Assembly: GCA_050015395.1 (NCBI GenBank)
Contig: JBEKBM010000010.1
Span: 25,267 to 89,266 of the forward strand
Source: Candidatus Bathyarchaeia archaeon
GTDB taxonomy: Archaea > Thermoproteota > Bathyarchaeia > Bathyarchaeales > Bathycorpusculaceae
Reading direction: 5' to 3'
Length of the DNA: 64,000 nucleotides
Shown here: one piece after another, positions 30,116 to 41,050 of the stretch
Numbering within the stretch: the first letter of the stretch is position 1
Layout of the letters: every line of letters starts with the position of its first letter
Position numbers and translations under genes: made by a program
The notes under the pieces: model-generated
Databases searched by the model: none
Told to the model about the DNA's origin: nothing
The model's input: only the letters and a program-made list of their open reading frames with translations

Positions 30116-31357
30116 TTATTTTCTGATTTGCCCATTGCCTAAAACAACGTATTTTGTTGTGGTTAAATGCTGAACGCTCATGGGTCCTCTTGCATGAAGC
30201 TTCTGTGTGCTGATGCCTATTTCCGCGCCTAACCCGAACTGATTGCCATCAGTAAACCGTGTGGATGCGTTCCAGTAGACAACGGCTGAATCGACTTCCC
30301 GTATGAAACGCATGGCTTTGTCAAAGTCGGTTGTGAGGATGGAGTCTGAATGTTGGGAGCCATACTTGTTAATGTGAGCTATGGCTTCGTCTAGGTCTTT
30401 CACAACTTTTACGCCCATGATTAGGTCTAAATATTCGGTGTACCAGTCCTGTTCAGTTGCAAGTTTCACGTCTGCAACAATTTTTCGGGTTTCTTCGTCG
30501 CCTCTAACTTCCACGCCTTCCTTTCGCAGAGCAGCAATCACAACTGGCAAGTAGTGCTCTGCGATTTTGCTGTGGACCAAGAGTTTTTCTGCGGCGTTGC
30601 AGGTTCCTGGTCTTTGGCATTTAGCGTTTATCACTATGGGTGTTGCTTTTTCTAAGTCTGCGTCTTCTTCAACGTAAACATGGCAGTTGCCGGTTCCTGT
30701 TTCAATAACTGGAATGCGCGAAGTCTCAACCACAGTTTTGATTAAATCTGCGCCTCCGCGAGGAATAAGCACATCAATGTACTGTCGCATACGCATCAGT
30801 TCCTCCGCAACCTTACGTTCAGGAGAATTCACCACTTGAACAGCGTCAACTGGAACATTTGTCCCCGCCAAAGCGTCCCGCAGCACATCGCCAATGGCTA
30901 CGTTCGAGTTTAAAGCGTCTGAGCCGCCGCGAAGGATAACTGCGTTTCCAGATTTAATGCAGATTCCTGCCGCGTCAGAGGTTACGTCTGGGCGTGACTC
31001 GTAAATTACTCCTACAACACCTAAAGGCACACGAACCTGGCTAATTATCAAACCGTTCGGTCTTGTCCAACTGCTTATTATAGTGCCAATCGGGTCGGCT
31101 AAGCCTGAAACTTCTCGGAGACCGCGAGCCATGGCCTGTATTTTGCGTTGGTCCAGTGCTAAACGGTCAAGTAACGCTGATTTGAGCCCTTTGGCTTTGG
31201 CAGCTTCCACATCTGCTTTGTTTGCCGCCAAAATTTTATCAGCATCAGCCTCAAGAGCGTTCGCCATCCTGCAAAGCGCAGTGTTTTTTGTTTCCGCCGA
31301 AAGCTTTGCCATTTCAACTGAGGCAGCCTTTGCTTTCTTGCATATTTCAGTTATCAT
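30116..31357 (-). CDS. proA: Gamma-glutamyl phosphate reductase
   Basis: VPLGVVGVIYESRP, CNAAEKLL and NASTRFTDG...GAEIGISTQKLHARGP motifs. Confidence 0.96.
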   Translation of the reverse strand: MITEICKKAKAASVEMAKLSAETKNTALCRMANALEADADKILAANKADVEAAKAKGLKSALLDRLALDQRKIQAMARGLREVSGLADPIGTIISSWTRPNGLIISQVRVPLGVVGVIYESRPDVTSDAAGICIKSGNAVILRGGSDALNSNVAIGDVLRDALAGTNVPVDAVQVVNSPERKVAEELMRMRQYIDVLIPRGGADLIKTVVETSRIPVIETGTGNCHVYVEEDADLEKATPIVINAKCQRPGTCNAAEKLLVHSKIAEHYLPVVIAALRKEGVEVRGDEETRKIVADVKLATEQDWYTEYLDLIMGVKVVKDLDEAIAHINKYGSQHSDSILTTDFDKAMRFIREVDSAVVYWNASTRFTDGNQFGLGAEIGISTQKLHARGPMSVQHLTTTKYVVLGNGQIRK

Positions 31358-32481
31358 TTTTCTTCCTCAATTAAGTGTATATTTCTATGTTCAATAACTT
31401 CTTTAGGCTTATCGGAACCAAGCGTCTTTTGCACTTCTATTATTTGTAATCCTTTAATTAGATTCAACTCGCCACTAGTATAATTCGGGTTACCCTTTGC
31501 AAACTCAACTTTGTTTTCGTCAACAATACTTACTACGTCGCCAACGTTAAAGTGCCCCACAACCCGTATTATGCCAACAGGTAACAAGCTTGAACCTTCA
31601 AGTATAGCTTTCTTGGCGCCCTCGTTAACGTGGATTTGGCCTTTAACTGCGGCTCCATACGCAATCCAGCGTTTTATTGCTGACATTGGATTCTGAGGCT
31701 TAAAAAAGGTGCCCACATCTTTTCCCGCAAGAATATCAAGTAACACGTTTTCTCTTCTACTGTTAGCTATAACCACGGGGATTCCGCATGAAGTGGCAAT
31801 TTCAGCAGCTTTAATTTTGCTTTGAATTCCGCCTCTGCCTAACTTGCTCTTTCCGTTAAGCGAACCCTTCAATTCAGGCGTTATGGCATCTACGGTTTTT
31901 ATTAACTGTGCATCTGGTTCTTGAGGGTCAACGGTGTATAAGCCCTCAACATCTGATAGGATTATAATCATGTCTGCGCCAATTGCGCTTGCGACAAGAA
32001 CTGAGAGGATGTCGTTGTCGCTGAAGTTTACTTTGTAGCCTTCCTTTAGTCTAAGCTCATCTACCGATGTGACGTCATTTTCGTTAATTATTGGAATGAC
32101 GCCTGTTTTCAGAAGCATCCTTAACACGTTACAGGTGTGAACGTAGGATGCTCGGTTGGAAAGGTCTTCTGCTGTAAGCAGGATTTGTGCAACCTTTAGT
32201 CCATGCGCCTTGAAGAATTCACGGTATTTCGCCATTAGTACACTCTGGCCTGTTGCGGCTGCAGCCTGTTGAAACACTACATCGTTAGGTTTCGGTGGTA
32301 TACCAAGTTCTGCTATTCCTGCAGCTACCGCTCCTGAAGTTACAAGGACCACTTTGTCTCCTTGTTTGGTTGCGGCTGCTATTTGACTGGTTAATTTTTG
32401 CATTTCTTCCTCGTCAAGGTTCCCTTCGCTGGTTGTTATGCCGCTTGTGCCAACCTTAACAACTATTAATCTTGAAGGCAT
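31354..32481 (-). CDS. proB: Glutamate 5-kinase with PUA domain
   Basis: VVKVGTS, INEND, FSDNDILS and GRGGIQSKIKAA motifs; C-terminal PUA. Confidence 0.96.
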   Translation of the reverse strand: MPSRLIVVKVGTSGITTSEGNLDEEEMQKLTSQIAAATKQGDKVVLVTSGAVAAGIAELGIPPKPNDVVFQQAAAATGQSVLMAKYREFFKAHGLKVAQILLTAEDLSNRASYVHTCNVLRMLLKTGVIPIINENDVTSVDELRLKEGYKVNFSDNDILSVLVASAIGADMIIILSDVEGLYTVDPQEPDAQLIKTVDAITPELKGSLNGKSKLGRGGIQSKIKAAEIATSCGIPVVIANSRRENVLLDILAGKDVGTFFKPQNPMSAIKRWIAYGAAVKGQIHVNEGAKKAILEGSSLLPVGIIRVVGHFNVGDVVSIVDENKVEFAKGNPNYTSGELNLIKGLQIIEVQKTLGSDKPKEVIEHRNIHLIEEEK

Positions 32482-32656
32482 TACTTAATCACTTTAAAGC
32501 ACAGACTTATTCAGTTATGTTCCAAACTTCCTTAAAAATGCAACTAAATTGCAAAGGCAAAATTGAATTTAGAACATATTAATTACGCGTTTATACAAAA
32601 CATTGCTCCAAATTTTAGGAAAAATATATAAGCAATAGAGGCATCGATTTTTCAAC

Positions 32657-34849
32657 ATGTTAATAAACTTACTACCCTTAGCCACATTAATGGTTAACTC
32701 CCCCATGGTATTTTGGCTCGCACCAATATCGGGCTTTATCGCAATAGCTGCTTCACTTTTGCTCATGCGCAAAATAGGCAAAATGAGTCCAGGTGCACCA
32801 AAAGCAGTTGAAGTGGCCAATGCAATCCGCGAAGGCGCTTACGCTTTCCTCAAAAGGCAATACCGTACAATAGCCATAATCACCGTCATCGTGTTTGTCC
32901 TGTTGGCGGTTGCCCCCGGCTTCGGGTTAGGCACTGCCGCGGCGTTCTTAGTGGGCGCCGTTGCCTCTTTGTCTGCAGGATACATAGCCATGGACAACGC
33001 CACCAAAGCAAACGTGCGCACCGTGGCAGCCGCGAAAGAAAGCGGCGCAGAAAAAGCCCTCAAAACTGCTTTTTACGGCGGTGCCACGATGGGTATGGCG
33101 GTTGTGGGTTTATCTCTTTTGGGTGTAAGCTTTCTATTCTTGATTTACGGCGGCTACAACGCCATGTTTGGCTCGCTGAGTGTCACTCAAGCAGCAACCT
33201 TAGGCAGACAAGCTGCAAGTGGAATCGTAGGCATGGGTTTCGGAGCCTCATTGATTGCGTTGTTTGCCCAGCTTGGAGGCGGAATTTACACTAAAGCCGC
33301 CGACGTCGGGGCAGACCTTGTAGGCAAAATTGAAGCTGGTATACCTGAAGATGACGCACGCAACCCCGCAGTTATCGCCGATAATGTCGGAGACAACGTG
33401 GGTGACTCGGCAGGAAGAGGCGCAGACCTATTCGAATCTGCAACTGGAGAGAACATCGGCGGAATGATTATCGGCGGCTTAATTAGCATAGCCACTGGAA
33501 ATCTTATATTCCTGTTTTTCCCGCTTATTGCACGTTCTCTTGGTATCTTTGCCACATTAATCGGTATGCCTTTCGTGAAGCTCAACGAAGCAGAAGCTAA
33601 GCATCCGATGAAAGCTCTAAGAAAAGGTCTCATGGTCACAACCATAGTTGCAGGCGTTTTGTTCTTGTTTGCCACAATCTTCCTCTTGGGCAATATTTAC
33701 CTGTTCTTCTGCTTACTCGCCGGTTTGGCAGCAAGCGTAAGCATAGATTACATTACAGATTACTACACTGGACGAGACCGAGGACCAGTAATGAGGATAG
33801 CTAAAGCCAGCGAAACAGGAGCCGCAACCAACATAATCACAGGCTTTGCAGTGGGGTTAGAAACAACGGCATTGCCTATAATCTCACTAGTCACAGCGCT
33901 CATAGTGTCCTACTTCTTTGGGCTCCAATTTGCATACAGCTGGAATGCCAGTCATGTCACACAAATTACGCCCTTCATAGGCGGAATTTACGGAACTACT
34001 TTAGCCACAATGGGTATGCTTGCAGTAATGGGCATGGTGCTGGCACTTGACGGCTTCGGACCAATCGCTGACAACGCAGCAGGAATAGCCCAAATGTCGG
34101 GTGAAGGCGGCGCCGAAGAAACAATGGAAGCCTTAGATGCGGTCGGAAACACTACCAAAGCATTAACAAAAGGCTTCGCGTTAGGTTCAGCTTTACTTGC
34201 AGCGCAACTGCTATTCCAAACATACGCTTCAGAGGTTTCTTCCCATTTCCATATCACTTTTACTGTGAACGTCGCTGATCCTGTCATATTGGTCGCTGGC
34301 TTCATTGGTGCAATGATACCGTTCTTCTTCTCATCGCAGGCAATCAGCGCCGTAGGAAAAGCAGCCGCCGAAATGGTTGAAGAAGTCAGACGGCAATTCA
34401 GAGAAATCCCTGGCATCATGGACGGAACGGGCAAGCCTGAGTATGGCAAAGCCGTAGACATCAGCACAAAATCCGCTCTAAAAGGCATGGTAACTCCAGC
34501 ACTGATCGTCTTGGTTGTTCCGTTAATCATCGGTGTCCTCTTGGGACCTGAAGCTGTAGGCGCACTCGTAATCGGTGCAACACTAACAGCAGTTCCGCTA
34601 GCCTTACTCATGAACACAGGCGGAGGCGCATGGGACAACGCAAAGAAGTACATCGAAGCAGGGCACCTCGGCGGTAAGGGTTCCCCCGCTCACGCAGCTG
34701 CCGTTGTAGGCGACACAGTCGGCGACCCAATGAAAGACACAGCAGGACCAAGCCTCCACGTAGTCATAAAACTTCTCAGCACGCTGTCAATCGTCTTCAT
34801 ACCGTTGTTCATAAACGTGCTTCAGCACTACCTACCTGCCCTCGTATAG
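32657..34849 (+). CDS. hppA: Membrane pyrophosphatase, K+-independent H+-PPase type
   Basis: GGIYTKAADVGADLVGK, DNVGDNVGD, GNTTKA (Lys = K+-independent signature) and GDTVGDPMKD. Confidence 0.95.
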   Translation: MLINLLPLATLMVNSPMVFWLAPISGFIAIAASLLLMRKIGKMSPGAPKAVEVANAIREGAYAFLKRQYRTIAIITVIVFVLLAVAPGFGLGTAAAFLVGAVASLSAGYIAMDNATKANVRTVAAAKESGAEKALKTAFYGGATMGMAVVGLSLLGVSFLFLIYGGYNAMFGSLSVTQAATLGRQAASGIVGMGFGASLIALFAQLGGGIYTKAADVGADLVGKIEAGIPEDDARNPAVIADNVGDNVGDSAGRGADLFESATGENIGGMIIGGLISIATGNLIFLFFPLIARSLGIFATLIGMPFVKLNEAEAKHPMKALRKGLMVTTIVAGVLFLFATIFLLGNIYLFFCLLAGLAASVSIDYITDYYTGRDRGPVMRIAKASETGAATNIITGFAVGLETTALPIISLVTALIVSYFFGLQFAYSWNASHVTQITPFIGGIYGTTLATMGMLAVMGMVLALDGFGPIADNAAGIAQMSGEGGAEETMEALDAVGNTTKALTKGFALGSALLAAQLLFQTYASEVSSHFHITFTVNVADPVILVAGFIGAMIPFFFSSQAISAVGKAAAEMVEEVRRQFREIPGIMDGTGKPEYGKAVDISTKSALKGMVTPALIVLVVPLIIGVLLGPEAVGALVIGATLTAVPLALLMNTGGGAWDNAKKYIEAGHLGGKGSPAHAAAVVGDTVGDPMKDTAGPSLHVVIKLLSTLSIVFIPLFINVLQHYLPALV

Positions 34850-34949
34850 TGCGCTAAACCGGGGAAGCTTTTTCTTCCCATAACTCTTTTCGCGTTATAG
34901 TATGTTTTTATTTCTTGGTGTTGCAACTAGCTAAAGAGAAGTGTAGACT

Positions 34950-36041
34950 GTGAAGATTATCGAGAAGAATCTGCAGCAAGATTTCGTTAAAGTGGTTCCT
35001 GACTCGCCAGACGACCTTTGGCACCTATACAACATCATCTATAGAGGCGACGAGGTTTACGCTTACAGTTCACGAGCCATAAAAAGTGACACTGAAACGT
35101 CGCGTCCTAAAAGTGCTGAGCGTGTTTCAGTCTTCATGGGCGTAAAAGTGGAGTCGGTTAGCTGGGATAAGTTTCTGGGTAAACTGCGGGTTCACGGGTT
35201 GATTTGTCATGCGCCTGATATTATTCCTACTGGTGCCCATCACACGCTTAGCATAGCACTGAATCAACCGTTAACTATTGTGAAGAAAGAATGGCCTAAA
35301 CACATAGTGGACAGGCTTACGCGAGCGAGTGAAACTGAGAAGCCCATGCTGATAATCTCCATTGACGACGAAGGCTTCGCCATTGCAGAAACCAAACAAT
35401 ACGGTGTAGAAATTAAAGTTGAAGAACGCATGAAACTGCCTGGAAAGCTCGAAGCAGACAAACGTGTCGAAGCTACAAAAGCGTATTTTCGGCGTGCACT
35501 CAACAGTCTAAACCAACTTTGGAGTCAAAATCATAGTCCAATCGTTGTTATCGGCGCAGGTTTTGTTAAGAGCGATTTTGCAAGATACCTCTCTGAAGAA
35601 GCGAGGGAAATGTCCAAGGCAGTTGCGGATGTGAAGAGCGTTAACAATGGTGGCACGGCAGGAATCTACGAGGCTTTGCGTTCTAGCGTTTTGTTGCGGG
35701 CTGCAAATCAACTGCGTATTGTCGAGGAAGCAGAAACTATTGAAGAAGTTTTGAAACGGTTAGGCAAAGGTGAAGGAACAGTCACGTACGGGTTAGATGC
35801 GGTGGAAAATGCCGCTAAAATGGGCGCTATTGAAAAGCTGGTGCTTGCCGACGTAACGCTTCGTGATGCGGACGAGCAGCAACGTTTGAAGCTTGAGGAG
35901 CTTATGAGGGAAGCTGAAAAGCGCGGTGCGAACGTGACTGTAATCAGCACTGAGCATGAAGCAGGCGCAAAACTGTTAGCTTTAGGCGGAATCGCCGCTT
36001 TACTACGCTTCCCAATCTACAGAGACACAACAGCACAATAA
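34950..36041 (+). CDS. pelA: mRNA surveillance protein pelota
   Basis: DDLWHLYNII, GAHHTL and LGGIAALLRF motifs. Confidence 0.93.
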   Translation: MKIIEKNLQQDFVKVVPDSPDDLWHLYNIIYRGDEVYAYSSRAIKSDTETSRPKSAERVSVFMGVKVESVSWDKFLGKLRVHGLICHAPDIIPTGAHHTLSIALNQPLTIVKKEWPKHIVDRLTRASETEKPMLIISIDDEGFAIAETKQYGVEIKVEERMKLPGKLEADKRVEATKAYFRRALNSLNQLWSQNHSPIVVIGAGFVKSDFARYLSEEAREMSKAVADVKSVNNGGTAGIYEALRSSVLLRAANQLRIVEEAETIEEVLKRLGKGEGTVTYGLDAVENAAKMGAIEKLVLADVTLRDADEQQRLKLEELMREAEKRGANVTVISTEHEAGAKLLALGGIAALLRFPIYRDTTAQ

Positions 36042-36273
36042 TCTGAGGGGAAAGTTAGAAGCCATGTGGAACTGCACAATAATAGGTGTTTTAAGCTTTA
36101 TTGTGTAGTGAAGAGTCAAAATTTTCAGTCTGGTTGGATTCGCACGCAAACAAGCCTTTGGACGCTGGTTATGGACGCGTGTTTTTTGCCTTTATTAGCG
36201 GTTGGGTGCTCCTTATAAATAGATGCTTTATATACCCCCTGTGCTCTTTAAATACTCAAGCGCGTGAGTTGAC

Positions 36274-36843
36274 ATGAGTAAACGAAAACCAATCATTAAG
36301 ATACAAAACATTGTTGCTTCTGTATCGCTTAACCAGAAAATTGACTTACAAAAAATCGTAGAAAAATTTCCTCAAACTGAGTATAACCCAAGCGTGTTTC
36401 CAGGTTTAGTTTTCAGACTTAAAAAGCCGAAAACAGCCACTTTAATTTTTGGCACTGGCAAAATGGTTTGTACAGGCGCTAAATCAGAAAAAGAATCCCG
36501 AAGTGCCGTGGAAAAAGTCGTTAAAGAGCTGCGAGGCGAAGGAATCCAAATTACCGAAAAACCCATTGTGAAAATTCAGAACATTGTTGCCTCAGCCGAA
36601 CTTGGCGGTGAAATTGACCTTGAAAGCCTCGTTTACAAACTTAGTAAAGTCATGTATGAGCCTGAACAGTTTCCAGGTGCAGTTTACCGTATGGATGAAC
36701 CTAAAGTAGTGTTCCTAATCTTCTCAGCTGGAAAACTCGTCTGCGTAGGAGCCAAACAAGAAGGGCAAGTTTACGAAGCCGTTGACAAAATCCAGCTGCT
36801 ACTCGAAGAAAAAGAACTCATCTACTACCCCGCTCCCCCTTAA
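36274..36843 (+). CDS. tbp: TATA-box binding protein
   Basis: Two IQNIVAS...Y(N/E)P..FPG...IF..GK.VC.GAK repeats. Confidence 0.97.
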   Translation: MSKRKPIIKIQNIVASVSLNQKIDLQKIVEKFPQTEYNPSVFPGLVFRLKKPKTATLIFGTGKMVCTGAKSEKESRSAVEKVVKELRGEGIQITEKPIVKIQNIVASAELGGEIDLESLVYKLSKVMYEPEQFPGAVYRMDEPKVVFLIFSAGKLVCVGAKQEGQVYEAVDKIQLLLEEKELIYYPAPP

Positions 36844-36845
36844 AC

Positions 36846-37550
36846 CTATTTTTTCATTCTTCTGCGCACCGCAGGATTCAAGTCTGAGAGCTTTTTGAGC
36901 GCCAACTCAAAGGTTTCGTCTGGAGCCAATTCCTTTTTAACGAAAACTCCCGTTCTGCCCACTGTATCGCGCTTCAGAAGCGTGTGAACCCTGTCCAGCA
37001 CGGTTTCAGCGGATATACCCAAAATTTTAGCCGCAAAGTCTTCTCTGCCGATGATGCTGCTCTCCACATGACCTTTATCGGTTGGTTCAATAAGCATAAG
37101 CCGTTTGTCCACGCCTGAGACCCGAACGCCTGCTTTAAGCTGGTTAAGGTTGGTTTCCCCACCGAACTGGTAAAATTCCCTCTCTACCCTGCGCATCTGC
37201 ATCAGCGGAAACGAAACAGTGATTTGCTCGCTGACTTCAATGTGCGCTTTCATAGCGTAATTCGGGGTAGCTTGAACAATTAAACGGGCATTAACTGGTA
37301 TGCGTGCTTTTTCTATGGCGGTTTCTACAAGGAAACTATTCTGCACCTCCGCAATGAACACGTCGATGTCGCTGTTCTTGTGAACGTCTCCTCTGGCTAT
37401 GCTTCCATGCGCAATCGACTGCAAATGAAACGCGTCTAAGGCAACCATAATTTCTGTTGCTTTGGTTCTAAGCTCGGTTAGCAGCGTCCAGCGTGCACTA
37501 TTATATGTTACTTCCTTGTAATCTGCATGTTTTGTTGGTTTAACAGCCAT
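36846..37550 (-). CDS. Predicted archaeal nucleotidyltransferase (COG2413-like)
   Basis: HGSIARGDVHKNSDIDV, EREFYQFGG and GRTGVF motifs. Confidence 0.82.
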   Translation of the reverse strand: MAVKPTKHADYKEVTYNSARWTLLTELRTKATEIMVALDAFHLQSIAHGSIARGDVHKNSDIDVFIAEVQNSFLVETAIEKARIPVNARLIVQATPNYAMKAHIEVSEQITVSFPLMQMRRVEREFYQFGGETNLNQLKAGVRVSGVDKRLMLIEPTDKGHVESSIIGREDFAAKILGISAETVLDRVHTLLKRDTVGRTGVFVKKELAPDETFELALKKLSDLNPAVRRRMKK

Positions 37551-37630
37551 TTTATCCAGCCATTTAAGAAGTTAATGCGGCATTGTTTATTTAGTTTAAC
37601 AGTCACTCAAATGTTGAATCGTGAAAGCCA

Positions 37631-38569
37631 ATGACTGCGCGTGTCTGCTGCGCCTGCAAAACCAGAGAAGCCTTCTTTCATAGGCAGTATTCAGGTGAAA
37701 CGCTGTGCAAAAAATGCTTCACCCAATCCATTGAAGCAAAGGTAAGAGCAACCATCACGCGCTATCACATGCTCAACTTTGATGACCATTTAGCAGTGGC
37801 AGTTTCAGGGGGCAAAGACAGCCTAAGCCTGCTGCATATTTTGGCGAAGCTGAAACGGTTTCGTCCCAAGACCACGCTTACCGCGGTAACAGTGGATGAG
37901 GGCATAAAAGGCTACAGAAATGAAGCATTAGAAATTGCAGCTGCAAACTGCAAGAAACTCGAAATTCCCCACCACATCGTCTCATTCAAAGAGCTTTACG
38001 GCTTCACGCTTGACGAAATAATACTTAAAGCGCGGAGCAAAGGCGAAACAGAGTTAACTGCCTGCGCTTACTGCGGCGTACTTCGGCGAAAAGCCATAAA
38101 CATCGGCGCAAGGCAGGTTAAAGCAGACAAAGTTGCAACTGCCCACACCTTAGACGACGAAGCGCAAACAATCCTCATGAACATTTTCCACGGCGACATC
38201 ATGCGGCTGGCTAAGGAGAAACCAGTCACCAGCGAAGTGCATCCGCTACTAGTGCAGAAGATTAAGCCTTTCTGCGAAATCCCAGAGAAAGAAAGCGCCC
38301 TGTACGCTTACGTCAAAAAAATCCAGTTCCAAGACACACCATGCCCCTACGCTTCCGAAGCATTGCGCAATGATATTCGCTGGATGCTTAACCGCATGGA
38401 AGCGAAGCATGCTGGAACAAAATTCACCGTTCTCAAATCCATAGAACGCTTAAGACCCGCATTAGAGGAAACAGCTAAAAAAGAAGTCTTCAAAACATGC
38501 GTTGAATGCGGCGAACCATCAGCTTCGGATTTATGCAAAACATGCGAGATGCTTCGGCGCGTGCGTTAA
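37631..38569 (+). CDS. ncsA: tRNA 2-thiolation protein (TtuA/NcsA, TIGR00269-like)
   Basis: PP-loop SGGKDS, CAYCGVLRR, CPY, N- and C-terminal Zn knuckles. Confidence 0.88.
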   Translation: MTARVCCACKTREAFFHRQYSGETLCKKCFTQSIEAKVRATITRYHMLNFDDHLAVAVSGGKDSLSLLHILAKLKRFRPKTTLTAVTVDEGIKGYRNEALEIAAANCKKLEIPHHIVSFKELYGFTLDEIILKARSKGETELTACAYCGVLRRKAINIGARQVKADKVATAHTLDDEAQTILMNIFHGDIMRLAKEKPVTSEVHPLLVQKIKPFCEIPEKESALYAYVKKIQFQDTPCPYASEALRNDIRWMLNRMEAKHAGTKFTVLKSIERLRPALEETAKKEVFKTCVECGEPSASDLCKTCEMLRRVR

Positions 38570-38772
38570 GCCTTGCGGCTGAATCCTTGTTCGCTTTTTA
38601 GTTTGCGAAGCATTTCTGAAGCTTCAAATGGGTTGCTTGCTGAGGCTACTTGTTGCACTCGCAATAGGTCAACGTGTGCGCCGCAGTAAGGACAAACTTT
38701 TGTTCGTTGCCCCTTAGCGGTTAGCATTAGACCGGCGCATTGTGTGCATTTCACGATTGAAGTCGGCTTCAT
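38566..38772 (-). CDS. Zn-ribbon protein (DUF1922-like)
   Basis: CTQC...CPYCG. Confidence 0.7.
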   Translation of the reverse strand: MKPTSIVKCTQCAGLMLTAKGQRTKVCPYCGAHVDLLRVQQVASASNPFEASEMLRKLKSEQGFSRKA

Positions 38773-38843
38773 TTCTTGTTTGTCTTCCGAAAGGCTTTTC
38801 CACACACAGGTTGATAAGGTTTAGCAGGGAAGAGAACGAGTAT

Positions 38844-39206
38844 ATGAGCATTGATGAAGAACAGCCTAAGCCCAGATCGCATTTATTGGACTTAGCAATT
38901 CAATACTTCAAAAAAGAAGGCTACAAGGTTAACAGGGAAAATGTTGTGCTTGAAGGCTACAGCGGCGAAAATAGGCATTTTGACCTTATCGTGCAGAAAG
39001 GCCGCGTGGAGCAGGGCGTTTGGGTTCGGGACTGGAACAGAACCATAGGCGTAAACGTAATCATCGGCTTGGACACGTCCTCGGAAGATGTTGGCTTAGG
39101 CAGCCCCATCATGATTGGTGATAAATTCAGCGACCACGCCAAATCATACTCGAACAGGCGCAAACTCACGCTGTTGACTAAGCAGAAGATAGGCAGCTTC
39201 AGGTAG
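38844..39206 (+). CDS. Mrr-like restriction-endonuclease-fold protein
   Basis: YFKKEGYKV...LEGYSGENRHFDLIV; catalytic E-x-K appears degenerate. Confidence 0.65.
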   Translation: MSIDEEQPKPRSHLLDLAIQYFKKEGYKVNRENVVLEGYSGENRHFDLIVQKGRVEQGVWVRDWNRTIGVNVIIGLDTSSEDVGLGSPIMIGDKFSDHAKSYSNRRKLTLLTKQKIGSFR

Positions 39207-39445
39207 ATTGTGTTGGGCACCTTGTGTTTGCTTGCTTTTTGTGGTTGTTTTTTTGTCACAAATAGTAGGGTAGGTCTATAGGTAGCGGTTTAGGGTCAGG
39301 GCTTGTTTTGGGTTGATTTTTTGATTTAGGGCTTGAATCAGGCTCAGGAAGTGCCGATTAACTTAAAGTTCTATGTCAGGTTCATGGAAACCTAATCGGT
39401 AAGCAGACAAGCGACCTTGCACTTTTCAATATGAAATTATGCTGA

Positions 39446-40030
39446 TTAGGCTTTTAAGTACTGGTCAGTTAAGCCTTCCCGTTCAAGCATACCCAGCCAA
39501 TCAACAATGCCAATGGAGCAGTTTTTGCTTTTTTCCAAAACATCCAAGATTTCACTGACTACTTCCTCAACCGTTCTGCCCGTGACGTCTAGCTCGCAAA
39601 CCTTGCCCGCTTGCGTCTGCATAGCTTCGATGAGGCAAACGTCAAGGATTTCAGCGGACAGGTTTTCCCAAAGCTTGATGCCTTCAAAACCGCATTTTTC
39701 CATGAAATGTTTGAGTTCTTTGGGGTTTCGGCGCAAAACAAAAACATGGCTGACAAGGTCTGCTGGGGTTACGGCAGCGGCGTAGTGCCCGTCGATGATG
39801 ATGTTGGCTTTGTCTGTGGCGTTTATGGTTTCGGCGAGTTTTGTGCGCATTTTTTCTTCGTCAATTATGATTGTTTTTCTTTCTTTGTCTTCGCCCTGCG
39901 TTAACTGGTAGGTTTTGGCGTAGTCAGTCAAGTTAATGTAGTGGGCATCCAGTTTGGCAGCTAATTGTTTTGCGGTGGTTGTTTTTCCTGTGCATGGAGT
40001 GCCCGTTATGAGAACGACGCGTTTGTTCAT
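39446..40030 (-). CDS. Archaeal AK6/Fap7-type adenylate (NMP) kinase
   Basis: ITGTPCTGKTT, IIDGH and ENLSAEILD motifs. Confidence 0.88.
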   Translation of the reverse strand: MNKRVVLITGTPCTGKTTTAKQLAAKLDAHYINLTDYAKTYQLTQGEDKERKTIIIDEEKMRTKLAETINATDKANIIIDGHYAAAVTPADLVSHVFVLRRNPKELKHFMEKCGFEGIKLWENLSAEILDVCLIEAMQTQAGKVCELDVTGRTVEEVVSEILDVLEKSKNCSIGIVDWLGMLEREGLTDQYLKA

Positions 40031-40288
40031 GGCTATAAGTTGAGGTTGAGGAATGTTTTATCTATTCCGCAGTTTTTGGCTACGAAAGGTAGGCTGGCAG
40101 TCTTCCTAAAATCGAGGAATATAATTTTTTCTGGTGTTTCAGGGTCATTTTTGGGTTGTTTTTTAGGAACAGGCGTTGATTTAAACGTGTCTTACCCGTC
40201 ACGCATCCATGTCGTAACTAGTCACGCAACCACATAGAAACCTGTCACTAATCAGAAATTCTTATTGCTTCCGATAGCGCATTATGTT

Positions 40289-40609
40289 GTGGGCTGGCGA
40301 GTTGGTGTGTGGCTTTCGGACCCAAAAATGCTGGGTCTGAGGAAACTCCGCCCACGTGTAGAATTGCAGTGCCCTCAGGGTACAGGGCGAGAGCCTTGGC
40401 AACGGAGCAGAAACGAAACGTCCAATTGGACTTGGCGATGAGACATTTGTGATGTCGAGTGTGCCAGTTTGGAAGCGGTGAAACGGCCGTCCTGCAAGTG
40501 GAAAGGGCAAACAGTCGCCGATGAAGCCTCTACCTGAAGGCGCGGGTAGCCCGATTAGCCGAATGCCACAGACAACAGAAGGCGGGTTACAACCAACACA
40601 CCACGCCCA
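40289..40609 (+). ncRNA. rnpB: RNase P RNA (archaeal type A-like)
   Basis: Conserved GAGGAAACTCCGCCC, GGCAACGG..CAGAAACG, GGTGAAACGGCCGTCC, GCCGATGA, TAGCCGAATG and ACAGAAGGCGGGTTA; P2 (GTGGC/GCCAC) and P1 pairing visible. Confidence 0.95.
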
Positions 40610-40654
40610 TTACTTAACCAGAGGATATATTGATAATGAAGACATTAACTTACT

Positions 40655-41050
40655 TTAGTTGTTGAATTTTCTTGCGTCTTCCAATAGTTCTTCAAGTAAC
40701 TTGTCCTTTTTCTCAGTATCATGGATTTCACTGCAGATTGACTTGCCGATAGAAAGTTTTGTCTTTAAGATTGTAATATCTTTATAGCGGGTGAAAATTC
40801 TATCAAGTCTTTTATGCGAGTCATCACTTCTTTTAAAAAAGAGAACAGATACGGCCCCTAAAATAATTCCTGAAATTGATGACAACTCAGAAACTGATAA
40901 AGTAATTATCTGTACATATACCAAAAATACACCAATAAATATCATTATAGCGGCAATGCTCGCGAAGAATATACCTATTTTGTGATTCTCATCAGCTTGT
41001 TTGAGAGCCAATTGATAGTAATCTTCTAAACTATCATTGGTTTCACTCAT
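40655..41050 (-). CDS. Two-TM protein resembling the TRADD-N-associated membrane domain
   Basis: DYYQLALKQA, two TMs, then SGIILGAVSVLFFKRSDD; coupled (ATGA) to the TPR gene. Confidence 0.55.
   Translation of the reverse strand: MSETNDSLEDYYQLALKQADENHKIGIFFASIAAIMIFIGVFLVYVQIITLSVSELSSISGIILGAVSVLFFKRSDDSHKRLDRIFTRYKDITILKTKLSIGKSICSEIHDTEKKDKLLEELLEDARKFNN

Noticed and set aside
33286-34653. Long antisense ORFs (135 and 221 aa) inside hppA, and similar shadows within nuo, pro and mfn genes
   Set aside because: They are antisense shadows of well-supported genes with no motifs.
40262-40510. 82-aa minus-strand ORF
   Set aside because: It lies antisense to the RNase P RNA gene.
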